From Octopus sinensis (taxonomy: Eukaryota): a stretch of DNA of 64,000 nt. The notes beneath the pieces were generated by a model that was given only the letters and a program-made list of their open reading frames with translations, had not been told where the DNA came from and ran no database searches. Position 1 is the first letter of the stretch. The number at the start of each line of letters is the position of its first letter. Position numbers and translations under genes: made by a program. This document shows positions 1-14,797 of this stretch, in pieces. The stretch lies in NCBI RefSeq assembly GCF_006345805.1, contig NC_043009.1, positions 5,146,001 to 5,210,000 on the forward strand. Direction: 5' to 3'.

Positions 1-323
1 TATATTTAAGAGATTAGGAATTATATACGTTATTTACATTTGACGATATTTGTCCTCATCTTGTTTGTTGTTAACACAACGTTTCGGCTGATATACCCTC
101 CAGCAGGTGTGTTGGGAAATTTCGAACCTGGGTTATCATTACTAAGATATTTTCGATATTATTATTATTATCATTATTATTATTATTATTATTATTCAGG
201 TCACTGCTTGGAATCGAACTCGAATCTTGGGGTTAAAAGCCCGCGCTCTTAAGCTCTAATCCATATGCCCGTGGTCAATTATGGAAAGAATTTTAGGGCT
301 TATAAATCTAATATTTTCCTATC

Positions 324-575
324 CTACCTTAATACCGGTTCCCATATGCTATTCATATCTGCATTCTGTCTTCTTAGAAGGTCGCCGTGTCCTAGCATAT
401 GTGCTGCTTCTTTTAGTTTTTGTATTTTCCAGTGGTGTTCTCTGTCTATTATTTTAACTTCATCCCAGAGGGGGAGGTGATCCCCATTTTTCCATACATG
501 ATCAGCTATACCCGATTTATCAATATCTCCTCGTATCACAGCTTTGCGATGTTCGTCTACCCATATTTTGATGTG
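324..575 (-). pseudogene. PLE GIY-YIG endonuclease C-terminal fragment
   Basis: Reads KIWVDEHRKAVIRGDIDKSGIADHVWKNGDHLPLWDEVKIIDREHHWKIQKLKEAAHM, the typical EH..SxxAxH..WD.xxIIxxE..W.xR.xKEA pattern of Penelope endonucleases. Confidence 0.85.
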
Positions 576-746
576 AGAATATGGACAGTTGTATTACTGA
601 GGTAGTCCACAATAGGTCCGTCCTATGTGCGATATAAAACGGAAACACATATTGACGATTAATACTGATCTCCAAAAATAGTTTTATTCAACACATAAAA
701 CATCTAAAGAAAAGAGAATGAGAACCCAGGTTCGAAATTTCCCCAA

Positions 747-792
747 GACACCTGATGAATGCTGGAGGGTATATCAGCCGAAACTTTGTGTT
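747..792 (+). ncRNA. Degenerate minimal hammerhead ribozyme in PLE pLTR
   Basis: GACAC-CTGATGA-A-tGCTG-loop-CAGCC-GAAAC-ttT-GTGTT: stems I and II present, two apparent substitutions. The minus-strand copy near 72-118 keeps GAAACGTT but has lost most of CTGATGA. Confidence 0.6.
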
Positions 793-1810
793 AGCAACAA
801 AAAAGATGAGGAAAAATATCCGTGAAATATAAATAATGGAAATAAAACATTAATATTAATACATATCAGAATTATGTGGATATTCAACGATCGTTCGTAT
901 CGTGACAGTCAAGGAAATCCAACAATTTCCTGTTTGGATACCATTACTTCAAATGATTCATGACAAACGAAGCTAGAAAGATCACACGGGATTCGTTTCT
1001 TTTCTTATAATGTCTAATCTGTTGAATAAAACTAATTTGGAGATCATTATTCATTGTCAATGTGTGTGTTTCCGTTTTGTATCTCACATAGGACCTATTG
1101 CAGATTACCCCAGACATGCAATTGTTTAGATTCTCACCTCAAAGTTCATGACATGTTCTTAACCCGATATGCAGAGCTAAAGTAAAAAATGTATTGGTGA
1201 AAAAACTCCACAACGACAACGTTTTGAAACAACACTATGAGAATCCGACTAGAAACTGAAACACACCATGTACACTAATTCTATCCTAAGATAGTTTCTG
1301 TTGTGTATTCATATTCTTGAAAAAGTATCAGAAGAAACCTATGAGCCATATATTGTATTATACTTCTATAGAACACATTTCACGATATTTCTTATATATT
1401 TGGTTGTTGTATACGTTTGTGAAGTATAATTTGTTGGTAATTAGTTTTTAATATATGATTGAATTCTTCACGGCACACAGCATGGTTTTAACTAAATATC
1501 ATACTGATTCATTTAGTTGTTTCTACCGTCTCGGTCGCATTTCTAAAACAATGTAACACGAAGTTGGATGCAAGACATTTAATCATAATTCCACAATATT
1601 TGCACGTATAAGTGTCCTATAAACTGCCATTCATCTTTTACTATTTGTCCCATTATGTGTATTCCGAGATAATTGCTTCACGAATGCCTTCATATTTAGT
1701 TGATAATCCAATCATAACTGCGCACTTATATTCCGGGTATGTTTGAGAATTTGTTCAAACGTGCCAAAATTGTAACACGTAGCTTCACATTTTCAGATGA
1801 TAAATCATGT

Positions 1811-2025
1811 GCCAAGCCTGGTTGTGTGAATAGAAGCTTGCTTCCTAACCACGGTTCCGAGTTCAATCCCACTGCGTGACACCTTGAGCAAGCGTCTTCT
1901 ACTATAGCTTCGGGCCGACCAAAGCCTTATGCGTGGATTTGGTAGACGGAAACTGAAAGAAGCCCGTCGTATATATAAATATATATACATATACATACAC
2001 ACACACACACATACACACACACACA

Positions 2026-2077
<52 letters not shown>

Positions 2078-2211
2078 ACACATATGTGTGTGTATATATA
2101 TGTGTGTGTGTGTGTATGTATGTGTGTGTGTCTGTGTGTGTGTCTGTGTCTGTGTTTGTCCCCCAACATCGTATGACAACCGATGTTGACGTGTTACGTC
2201 TCCGAAACAGC
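1811..2211 (+). mobile_element. tRNA-derived SINE, family C (internal TA/TG microsatellite), partial
   Basis: B-box-like GTTCAATCC and body matching other copies at 15174-15570 and 28703-29067. Confidence 0.8.
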
Positions 2212-3806
2212 ATTCTCGAAAATGATTTAATTAAAGATAGCTATAAATTTTAAAATTCCCTTCAACCTGTAGTTATATTGCTTGAGACAAATCGCTAGTG
2301 ATATTTGTTCCAATTAATGAAGAAGCCCCTTCATTGTGGTTTAATATGTTAGGAAACAATAGATAATGAATAAGGTGTAGACTGTGTCTAGGAAGCATTG
2401 ATATGAGTAAGCATTCTGTAAGTTTTATATGCTCAATCAAAAATTACTTGTAGCTAAACAACATCTACAAATAACATGTTTTATTTTTGTGAAGGAGAAA
2501 CGCATGCTACTCTTGTACAGATTCCTATTTATTGACCCATATGGCTAGTGCAATTATCCAGACTTCGCTTCCTACATGAAGATCTTATTGGGAATTAGTA
2601 TGTTCTCCGCAAGAAATTAGTTTAGCTCGCATATGTGGCCGGTTCGTTTTCTGATTAAATTAATATACAGCTAGACCATTTTTGTGTTGAATTATATAAG
2701 AAATATTAGCAGTGTGAGAAAATATTAATACATACCATAAACTGTTTTATATTTTATATGTGGGAACAGAATTTCTGATGATATTTGTCTGTGTATGAAA
2801 GTCATTATTATTGTAAGTGGAATATTATCATACACAAAGCGAATCCCACTTGAATATTATACTCATAGGATTAGCACCTTCTGTATCAATCTGTAATAAA
2901 ATACATATGCGAGAGTGAGTATATATGCACGTTTGTGTATTAATGTTTATCTTCCTGTCAGTGTATTCGTTGAAAGAATTACAAATATATTCATCTTGGA
3001 AAGCTCCGATATTCATATACACACAAGGAACATGCGCAGATATATGGTACATAACTGGGTGTGCACAATGAGCGGGCTTGCGTGTGTACTTGTATTATGG
3101 CAGCCATTTTGTTTACAAATCTCTAGCTTTCTTATTATACATTATCTCGTTTTATACGTTTTGTCATGCTTGAAAAGAGACTCAAAGAATATTGTATACA
3201 TATGAATTTAATTTTTGCTGTTATTTGTGCTTCTCTTTGAATTTTTTTTTCATTTGTTTTTTTGGTTTTTGGCTTTCGTATTGTCTTACCAAATCAATGA
3301 ACATTAACAAAATGTAAGAAATATAAAACCAAGAAAAAATGCATTGAAATAATATACGAACAAAATTATCAAAAATAAATCCTATAAACTATAAGAAAAG
3401 CTGTTGTCAGATAGAAAGGTATTTGGTTTTGTTTAGTTTATCTCTTGCACTACACTTAATATTTAATAATTTATTCATTCTGATGCCTGGTTATGAATAC
3501 ATATGATTAGAGATGATGCTTTTTATTGTTGATATTTTCGTTTAAAATTGGCGCAGCAAATTTCTCTTTAATGTCCGTGTTTTTGTTTCTTTTGATTCTG
3601 TTAACAGTTTATCTTACATTGCGCTTTGTGAACAGACATGAAAGAATATCGCTTCTAGTGACTGATCGGAGACTATTAAAATATATACGCAAACACCAAT
3701 ACCCCCCCCCCATACGTAAAAGTTTGAGCATGTAAATATATAAAACATGTATAGTATATATATAGTATATATATATATATATATGCATTCCAAGTATACA
3801 TATATG

Positions 3807-3848
<42 letters not shown>

Positions 3849-4569
3849 TAGTATGCCTATTTACTTGTCTCTTTTGTCTTTATACACACGCTCATAGATA
3901 AATGTATGTATATTAATATATCTTATTTGTGTGCATATACATATAAATTTAAATGCATGTGTATAAACATATTTATATGCATATATATATACATATATAT
4001 ACATACATATATATACGTGCATAATGTAACTAATAATAAAAATAATAATGAATAATTTTATACGTATTATGACTATGTAGGCATCTGTGTGTATAATAGT
4101 TATACATATATAGATATGTATGTATGTAAATCAGAAAGCAAAGAAAAAATTATAGAAAATGTGAAGGAATTGGGAAGTTTTAGTTTGAATCTCTGTTTAT
4201 GTATATTGTTTATTATTTTTCTACATTTCCTATATTAAATCTTTCCGAACCGAAAGAAAAATAAAAGAAGCTTTCAACATATATCCTTTGGATTTCTGAT
4301 CCATTTCACGGATTACATATAAATTCTGTCGAGTTTTGTCTCATAAATCGTTTTTTCTCTCACTTTTGTTTTCATATAAATGGCAAAAAGCAGAAATTAA
4401 AAAGACCATTAACAGATTATGTTAGTTCATCAAATTTATATTTTATATTCTTATATCCTTTTTGTTCAACTAAACAAAAACACACGCGCAAATACGCATA
4501 TGTATACATACATACATACACAGACTCTGGATATATATATATACACACAAACACATGATATTCTTACCA

Positions 4570-4860
<291 letters not shown>

Positions 4861-7286
4861 TATATAATGTGGTAAGAATATGTATGAGATATAAAGAAAA
4901 TAAGATGTTTTGTTTTATTTGTAATATAACATTTGTTTAATATATCAAAAAGCAAATACTTGAAATGTTCTGCGCTCTATCAAACGTGGGAGGTAATCAT
5001 AAATAGATTGTGATGAAAGAAGTTAAAAGGAAGAAAAAAAGACGCTAAAACGTGCATGAAACTTATCGCAATATTCTTTCTAAGAATAAGACGAAATAAT
5101 TGGAAATGTAGAATCCGTGAAAGGTTGAAACAAAATAATCCACAAGTTGTTGTCTTTTCTGTGTAACAAGTTCAAAGATTCAAAAATCTCTCTCTATATA
5201 TATATTTATATAACTTCAATAAATTTTTGCACTATTTTATTTACACAAGTTTTCTACTTGCGTTTGTTCCTCGAATATATGTGTTTCCATTACATCTAAT
5301 TTCCCCGCTATTATTTTATCCATCGAAAAATATGAAGAAAACATTGTTGCATATTTCTTTGGATTTGAATTATTTGATGTAAATTATGGTTGTATGATTC
5401 ACATTTATTTAATTGGTCTTCTCATGAATTTTCTTGATGTGTATATAATTCTCTGAACAAAAGCTAGCTTTTTGTTTTACATTTCTTCTGAAAGACATGG
5501 CTAAGCGTAACATCTTATAATTACTTTTAACAAAGAGACATGAGACAAAAATCAATTATTATTAAAAATCTATTATTATTATTATTAAAACAGTGCTGTA
5601 CATGGTTAGTACTTAATTCATGGAGTGCAAATACATGAATTGCTAGGTGAAAATGTCGGGAACCTAATTCGATCTACGCAAAGAGTGCTGTGAAACACTG
5701 CATAAAAACTGTTTCCGATGCTGTAAAGCAGTGGTTCCCAATAATGGTGCGCAGCACTTTTATTTAAATGAATTTTTCGACGGACCCCTTGCAAATTGTG
5801 GGGAAATTAAGATGATAGTATTGAATAATATTATATTTCTTTAAAATTTCATCGACCCTGGAAGGATAAACATTGTGATTGGTTTCATCTCACCCAGTTT
5901 GAACTCAGTATATTTGCTGGAACAAATAATGACCCAATTTCGGGGGGAGGGCGAAATGGTGTAACCGACTCTGGTGTGCAACTGATACTGATTTTATGGA
6001 TCCCCAAACAATGAAAGACAAACTTGATCTTAAAAAACTTGAATGCAGAACGGAAAGACGGACGACATGCCCCTAAGAATTTTACTATGGCATACGTACG
6101 ATTTTGTTAGCTCGCAGCCCTTTCCTTCTAAGTACTGCTATTTTGAATAATATATACAATAAATCTTTTGTATTATATTTTAAGTTATACATAATACAGA
6201 GTGGTATTTACAACATATATTATGCGTATTATTTCCGTGTATAGAATACCGCACCACACCCAGTTCTTTACTATATTTCAATGTATATCATGTAAAAATA
6301 ATGTTGTCAAATGTCAAACTTTCTGTGTAATATTTTGTAATATATTGCATTGTACATAATGTGATAAGTTAATGTGTTATATAGTAATATATAATTATGT
6401 CATGTTATTTAGCAACAAAAATAATAATTAACGAAATATTTTATGCGAAATTCAGCTAGATATGTTCTATGGTATGTGTTTCATCATCAGAAAAGATACA
6501 AGAAATAGAAAAGTACTTTGCACTCACTTGCCTCACTCGTTTGCTACGTTTCGCAATACGCCAGTGGATCCCATATTGATATATTTTGAAGTTGAAAAAT
6601 GTCGGTTCATTGCGGCTAACCATGCAATTAGAAGAAAAGTATCTATTTTCAATACGGAAAATCTCTTATATTTCAGACTGAAAACAAATAAAACGAAATA
6701 CACTTTAACTAAGCATGTCCACGATATAATAGAAAATGCCTAGATGTATACTTATTAAGTTAAAATCTCATGGAATATAAAAGTATATTTAAAATTTAAT
6801 ATATCTTCAAAATAAAACTTATTTAAATAACTTAAATCACAGCAAGCTGCATATATATTGTTCCGTTTATGAGAAACATGCAACTAAGTAACGTTTCGAG
6901 GGTAAAATATTATATTTTTAGAACTTGCAACAAAGATAGACAAGAATATGTTAAAATAAATTCAATACGGAAAGTAGAAATAATCTGTTAAATCAAAATA
7001 TCGTATTTAGATTTCGGTTAAAAGAAATCATCTACAATATGGATATACTTCCAATTTTACAATAGAATATCATATTACAATAGCTATTGTTTTGTTATTC
7101 TCCTCCACAATTTCTTTTGCACTTCCTTTCTCGCTGTCGTCGTCGAGGTCTGGCGCTGAATTTGCACAATGTAAGAAAACAAAAATCAAATTTTCATTTT
7201 TATTTAATATTTCAATTCCTATATGTATACGTACGTACATGGATGACAAGATATATGTATGTATATATGTATGTATATATATACAT

Positions 7287-7367
<81 letters not shown>

Positions 7368-7524
7368 GCATACACACACATGTAACTGTAACATTTTGGG
7401 AAATATCTACTCAGTGAATAAAACACAAATGAAAGAAAACAATAAAACACATAAATAATAGGAAAAGAGAATGTATGCTTGTGAGAAGTAAAGTGTACGA
7501 CCGTTTATATTTGTTTCGGTTTAC

Positions 7525-7577
<53 letters not shown>

Positions 7578-7750
7578 TACACATACGTCAGTGTAGACCG
7601 TGAGATGGAGCTGTGTATTTATGTCTCTGTCCAGTATCTGTCTGCCTCTCTCTCCCTCAGTCACTCTGTCTCTCTATCTCTTTCTATACATATATGTGTG
7701 TGTATGCATGTATACGTGTGTCTTCGTATAAATACATATAAATACATATA

Positions 7751-7854
<104 letters not shown>

Positions 7855-8609
7855 GATATAAGCATGCATAGATTGATAAATATATAGCTAGAGATATATA
7901 GTAATATGTAGTAATATATAAGTAATGCTAAATGCATGATGTATGTGATATGTGAACTTTTACTTCTTGCATACATACATGTCTTTCCCTTTCTCCCTGT
8001 CTCTCTCACTCCTTTCGCTCTCTCTCTCTCTATCTCTCTCCATCCTCCATCTTACCTCTTCTTCTGTCTCTCTCTTTGTCACCCTTTCTCTCTATCATTT
8101 ACTCTGTCGCTCACTCTTTCTGTCACTCTTTCTCTCTCTCTCTCTCTGTCACTCTTTCTCTCTCTCTCTCTCTCTGTCACTCTGTCTCTCCCTCTCCTCC
8201 CTCTCTATATATGTGTGTGTGTATGTATCTACGTACGTATACGTGTGTGTGTATATATATACATAAGTATAAAACAGTACATGTATATATATATATATGC
8301 ACATACGTGCATACATATATACATACACACGCCTGTTTAGGCATCCTTGTTTATATGTAACCCTGAGTGTAGACCGAGGGATAGAGCTTTGTAATTACGC
8401 GTTTCTATATTAATCTCGGGCGAAATCTATGCAAGAAGGAAAAATTCTCTGTACATGACCACTCAAACAGAGCAAAAAAAACAAACAAACATAAATATAA
8501 ATACGTATATTCTATCATCGCATTTTTGGAAAAAGTGATTAAACGGAATTTTGATTTCGTGCGAAAATTAAAGGGAGATAATTGGATAGAAGATATGGTA
8601 ATGCTAAAA

Positions 8610-9295
8610 ATCATTATCAGCAACGACTTTGAGGACGGCGAGCTGGTAGAATCATTAGCACTAGAGCTTAGCGGCATTTGGTATACCGCTATGTTCTGAG
8701 ATCAAACCACGCTATGGTCGACTTTGCCTCTCATTCTTTCGGAGTCAGTTAAATAAGTATTAGTTACGCACCGGGGTAGATGTAATCGACCTAATCCCCT
8801 CCTGCAAGCTAACCTTGTGGCAAAAAATTCAGATCATTATTAACAACAACTTTCATGCGGCGAGCTGGCGGAAACTTTAGCACGCCCGCTTAGCGGCATT
8901 TCTTATGCCGCTACCTTCTGAGTTCAAATTTTGCTAGGGTCGACTTTGCCTCTCATTCTTTCGGAGTCAAATAAATAGGTACCAGTTACGCACTGGGGTA
9001 TATGTAATCGACCTAATCCCCTCCTACAAGCTACCCTTGTGGCAAAATTTTGAAATCATTATTAACAACGATTTTAATGCGGTCAGCTGGTAGAATCGTT
9101 CGCACCTTCGGCAAAATTCTTAGCGGCATTTCATCCGTCTTTACGTTCTAAGTTCAAATTCCGCCGTGGTCAACTTTGTGTTTCATCCTTTTAGGGTCGA
9201 TACATTATGTACCAGTCGACTACTGGGGTCGATCTATTCGGCTAGTCCCCCACTCAAAATTTCAAGCCTTGTGCCTATAATAGAAGGGATTATTA
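8610..9295 (+). mobile_element. Three head-to-tail copies of SINE family A
   Basis: Units start at 8610, 8833 and 9055 (ATCATTAT); each has GGCGAGCTGG..GTTCAAAT..GGTCGACTTTGCC core. Confidence 0.85.
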
Positions 9296-11549
9296 AGTAC
9301 TTTGATTGAAATTTCACTTCGCTTGTTTTTCAGTAAATTCTGTGTGTGAGTCAAAGCTTGAATCAGTGTAATGTATCGGTATCTGTGCATATAAATGCTT
9401 CGGCTTCATGTTGAGAAACTGTGTCTCTGACTCAGTTCCTGTCGGTATATTTGGAGCTATATGGAAGTCGTTGATTAATAAGTTACAATAAACTGAAATG
9501 TCACGTGTAGTCTGATAAAAGAAAATGGGAGCGAATTCGAACTTCAATTTACATAACGTGAAACTAAACTTCTTATAACTTAATTCTATGTGTGATTATG
9601 TGAATATATTATCAACTGTTTTTGTATATGATTTTACCTTTACAGCGGTTTTGTTCATTTATGATGTTGCGTAACTCCGATTTAACACAGATGAACAAGA
9701 TATTTAACAATATGCCCTTCAAACGTCGTCTTACTGTTTTATTATTGTATCTCTGAGTACATAATTTTACTTCAGATTTTTACTATTGTGCAATAGGATT
9801 TCTAGAACGTTCGGCTACCATTGATAGTAGATACATGTTCATAGAAGCACCTCAGTAATTCTTTCAAGATCTGCACCTGCTTATGCTAAGTCAATGATTA
9901 AAATTTTAAATGAGGAAATGACCAACAATTTGACTGAATAACTAAATGGGTGACTCTTAATTTGTTTGGGTATAGGTATATATCTTTGAGTTTTAGTGGA
10001 AGGTTTTTTTTTTAATAGCAGTAACAGAGTTTGTGCCTGTTATTAAAATAACGCGTCCCATGTTTGAATAAATATCCTTAAATCTCTCAGAGTATGTTTG
10101 CGTATGTTTGCCTATCTATGGAAATGCGGTCATGAGTCATGCATTGAATGTGTAAGAGAAATATAAAATGGATAACAGAATATGAGATAAACATTGATAA
10201 CCAAATTACATAATCGAATGAGGCATTACAACATACTGAGTGAGTTTTATCTAGTGCATGGTTATGTACTATATCGCATAGGCTTGTGAATTGCGTGAAG
10301 TAGTAACGTGAGTGAAATGGTATGAAAACAATTGATTAATGAATGAATGAGGGAGGCTAGGAATTGAACGAGAAACTGAATAATTAAAATAGCGTGATAT
10401 ACCAAATCGATATTCTAAGATGATTTATTGGCTGAAAGAACAGACTCAGTAATTGAATAACTTGAAGGAGCAGAGAATGATCAAATTAAATGGCTGAGTA
10501 TGTTGAGTGAATGAAAGAAACGATAGAGAAATGAAGTATTAGATTTCCTGGAAGAATGAAAAATGAATGGAAAACTTGATGAGGTACTAAGTAATTAAAT
10601 GAGATTCTAAATGAGCGAGTGACAAATTGAGTTTATTAGTGAACGAATTAGTAAATTACAGAATATGAAACATACATGCAATAAAGGGCCTTGTAATAAA
10701 TTAGTGAATGGTTGGATGTGAATGCGTGGTGAGAGTAAAAAAAAAAAACGATATTGTAACAAATGTTAATTTCAAATAGAAAAATAATAATGAATTATTG
10801 ATAAACGAAATGTTGATCGGACAATTCACATTTGAATGAAAATAATACAAACAAGAAGAAAAGTTACTTTGGTATCAATGATTGATTGGCGTAATTTCAA
10901 TTTCATAGAATTATATAAAATTCGATTATTAAAAATTATTTGATTTCATTAATGATCTGCCTGTCGCAGTTCGAGATCATTGTAATATTGTTTTCGTTTT
11001 GATATGGATTTCGATAAACTTGTTGTTATTGTTATTGTTTATCGTGCGAAGAAAACCTCTTATCATTGAAAGGGTTACAACACTTATAATCCTTTAATGT
11101 GATTTTGGCTTTAATATAATAATTATTAAGATTCGATATAATGCCACTGATTTGAAACTGCGGGTTTTAGAAATAGTATTGTGTTCGCTCCATTATAATA
11201 TACTATATTAAATGCAAATGATTCTGTATTAGATGCAAATGAATATCTTTGAATGCGTATCAGAGACTATTTAAATAATAAACCACGCATTGAGAAGTTA
11301 GAAATCAAAATATTAAATACAAAATTCTACTGGATGACTTTCGTTTTAACTACAAACAAAAAGAAGGAAAAATCTCCAACAACATCATCATCAACAACAA
11401 GAACACATTTAGTCCATTTTGGATTTAAGAGCTAGATGTCAAAACCGCCGTTTTGGAGACCGTTTTACGTGGGCTTGTATCGGACTATAATGTAAGAATA
11501 CAGACATAAATAGTATATGTAACAATATAGTTACACACATAAATACATA

Positions 11550-12125
11550 TATCGATATGCAGGGAGTAAATAGACACCTTTAGTTTTTAAAATCTTTTAT
11601 TTGATATTAATTGGTTGAAGGAGAAGTTTTCTTCTAGCTGCTCGTCCATAATACTCACGCTTATGCAGATATGTAACACATGTTGTTGCGCTGACTTCTA
11701 GCTGTTTTGCAATGTCAGAAGCCTTCGAACGTGGTTCGTTTTCCAAAATTCTATTCAGAGAGCAAAGCTTCCTTTCCGAGGGCCCAAGTCGACCGGGACG
11801 AGAATCTTTTGATTCTCTTCCTTGGCTTTTGAATTGCACTATAATTCTATTAACAGTAGCAAGAGGAATTTGAAGATTGTGGGAAATTTTTCGCTGGCTA
11901 AGACCAGCTTCAGATTGCCTAACAATACGACCTCTTTGAAAATCTGACAGTTCTGCTGAATTTTTTGTGCGTGCCATGGTTACTCTTTATAAATGTTTAA
12001 TATAATGGCACCTGGAATGAAAATGAATAATCACATTCTAAACCCTACACCGCTGAAAACATTAAGATGCTTAGATTAGAAATTTTGAAAATTAAAGGTG
12101 TCTATTTACTTTCTGCATGACTGTG
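11550..12125 (-). mobile_element. Internally deleted Tc1-like DNA transposon
   Basis: Imperfect ~40-bp TIRs (ATGCAGrrAGTAAATAGACACCTTTA near 11557 and its inverse ending about 12125, followed by TA) flanking a transposase N-terminus. Confidence 0.9.
11597..11977 (-). pseudogene. Tc1 transposase N-terminal DNA-binding region; DDE domain missing
   Basis: [47 protein letters not shown]: paired-like HTH, GRPR-like motif and ARRKP-like motif. Confidence 0.9.
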
Positions 12126-12159
12126 TATATATACATAACAAGCATATACATATACAAAC

Positions 12160-12232
<73 letters not shown>

Positions 12233-13367
12233 GTACACACACATGTGTAAAAATTCATACTTTTGACAAATATTCGTATTCTCGATAAATATTAATCCAG
12301 TTTCACTGCTATCTCACGTGGTTAGCAACTGAAAAATAGTACAATTTGTTTTGCCTGGAATGCTGCATCATTTGCTTATTTCTGCAGGACTAGGTTTTAT
12401 ACAGTCATCTCTTGTCAACAATGGAACATAATGTGCAAAACATCATAATTCGCTATAATTTCGATTCCAGTTCTAACATTATCACTATTTCCTTTTCCTT
12501 GAAAATTTTCTATTGTCTGTTGTTTATGTCTGATAGCCCTGCCTATTACATAATCACACTTATTATGGCATCTTATCCTCTCCTTCTCTCGATCTCGTGG
12601 CTTAGTCTACCTTTCTACGACTTTCGCGACGATTTCGTACAGAATGAATAATTTGTGATTCATTTTGTATTCAGCAGCACCGAGTCAACGTATTTCTAAC
12701 ACTTTTGCCTTCTACCTCGCCTTGTATACGTATTGACGTACCTGTATTCCCACATTCATATACTTATATCAGTACATATGTATGTGTGTGCGTGTTTGTG
12801 GTTGTGTATATATTGTGTGTATTGTGTGTGTGAGTGTATTTGTATAGCTATATCACTATATGTGTATGCGTGTCAGTACACACAATACATTCAAATATCT
12901 TATTTCATTGTAGAAGTATCTTCACTGCAACTATTTGTTCCTCTTTTCAAAGTACTTTCCGATACATGACACAAGTACAAAAGACAGAAATCATTTTTCA
13001 GAGATATCCTATATAGCTTACAGCAAAATATTCGGTAGAAATCCCTGCTGAAGTGGTCCCTTATGACATTCAATATCATAAAAAAATTCTACGTATATTT
13101 TCCATCCGCATTCGATATTCTTTTGAATGAATCTTCTTTAAACTGAAGCGAAGGTAAGCACTAGTAAAAGATTTTGCTTTTAGGATTTCTATTTCTATAT
13201 GGGTTTCTTCAATTTCTTTTTTAATCCTATTATTTAATATTTATTTGTGAAGTGTTTGGGATGTGTTGATCATGACTTCATAGCGTATTCGATAAGCTAT
13301 ACACATCTTTTACATCACTAACTTCATCATCAAGTACAATGGTAGCAGCAGACGAATGGAAAATAAT

Positions 13368-13395
13368 GATGATGATAATGATAATAATAATAATG

Positions 13396-13446
<51 letters not shown>

Positions 13447-13494
13447 TAATAATAATAATAATGCTAATAATAATAATAATAATAATAATGATGA

Positions 13495-13527
<33 letters not shown>

Positions 13528-13556
13528 CAATAATAATAATAATAATAATAATAATG

Positions 13557-13589
<33 letters not shown>

Positions 13590-13633
13590 TAATAATAATA
13601 ATAATGCTAATAATAATAATAATAATGATGATG

Positions 13634-13680
<47 letters not shown>
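13368..13680. repeat. (AAT)n microsatellite
   Basis: About 310 bp interrupted AAT run, followed by CAG/CAC/AAC triplets. Confidence 0.95.
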
Positions 13681-13681
<1 letters not shown>

Positions 13682-14424
13682 GTAGCAAAAACTACATGCA
13701 CAGCAACAGCAGCAGCAGTACCACCACCACCACCACCAGCACCACCACTAACAACAACAACGGCGACGATGGTGATGTTCCTTAAATTATACAAAACGAT
13801 GGGGCATTATTTGAGTCTAAATATATTTGTTTATATATTTATTTCTCGCAAAAAGAAAACAGAGAAGGCATGATAGAGAAAGAAAGTAATGTTATAAATA
13901 TATAAAATAAATATTTTAAAAAAAATTATGCAAAATGCCAGTATTTACTCTCAAGCAATGCTGGTATATCTTCAATGTTTAGGATCCATAATTTTTCCTC
14001 TTGCTTGTTCAGAAACAAAAATGCAAATGAAATACCTAAAGGAATATGTTTTTACATATGATACAAAAATGGTATGTTCGTTCTACAATATGCGTATATA
14101 TTACATGCGATGTGAAAACTTTCAGTGTAGTGCTGTATGGAACTAAGTACGTGCGCGAGGATATTTCTTGTGTGTGATTTTGCGGGAATATGTTTGACAT
14201 ATAAAAATATATAAGGTATAAGGGAGTACGTGGACGATATTTTATGTCTTATTTGTTCTAGAACTACTAGATGTACTGACGTAAAGTCAACGGTATTCTA
14301 GTGTCTGATGATGAAAGTTCTAGTTGAAAAAACTTTCGCTGACACGAAGAACTGGATCTGAATACTGTAAAAGAGTTACCTGTATCATGGTGATTTGCAC
14401 CAAGTATTAAAATGAACACGTTAC

Positions 14425-14797
14425 GACTGCTGCTGTTGAGCGAACGATCTTCGTCCCAGAGCTCGCAAGATGGGAGAAGTCCGAAATGTGGTCCTTTGCT
14501 ATTCGTAATACCCACAGAAGAGAAAGCATGTCAACCCCCGACAGCGAGAGCATCGACGGATGGATGAATGCGCATCCAAACTCAACGGTTGCGTAGGAAG
14601 TCAGGGACAAGAACAGGAAGAAAGAGTGAGAGAAAGTTGGAGCGAAAGCGTACAACAGGTGTCGCCACCTGCCGGAGTCTCGTGGAGCTTTAGGTGTTTT
14701 CGCTCAATAAACACACACAACGCCCGGTCTGGGAAACGAAACCGCGATCCTCTGACCGCGAGACCGCTGCCCTTACCAATGAGCCATTGCGCCTCCA
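14425..14797 (-). mobile_element. tRNA-derived SINE family B (tRNA-Arg-like head), tail type i
   Basis: Reverse complement begins GGAGGCGCAATGGCTCATTGG..GTTTCGTTTCCCAGACCGGGCG; head and core shared with other family B copies. Confidence 0.8.

Larger units (their letters stand above)
30..836 (-). mobile_element. 5'-truncated Penelope-like retroelement (PLE) with inverted pseudo-LTR copy
   Basis: GIY-YIG endonuclease C-terminus on minus strand. 30-139 and 717-836 are imperfect inverted copies of a pLTR-like sequence with a hammerhead-like core. Direct pLTR plus inverted 5' pLTR is the usual PLE layout. Confidence 0.85.

Noticed and set aside
5729-5800. CAGTGGTTCCCAA hAT-type TIR
   Set aside because: No matching second TIR or 8-bp TSD found
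13023-13155. Exon-like segment ending in AAG|GTAAGC
   Set aside because: Stops in all three frames; no evidence for coding function
14305-14345. CTGATGA followed by a GAAAGTT/AACTTTC hairpin
   Set aside because: No GAAA after the stem and no stem I/III
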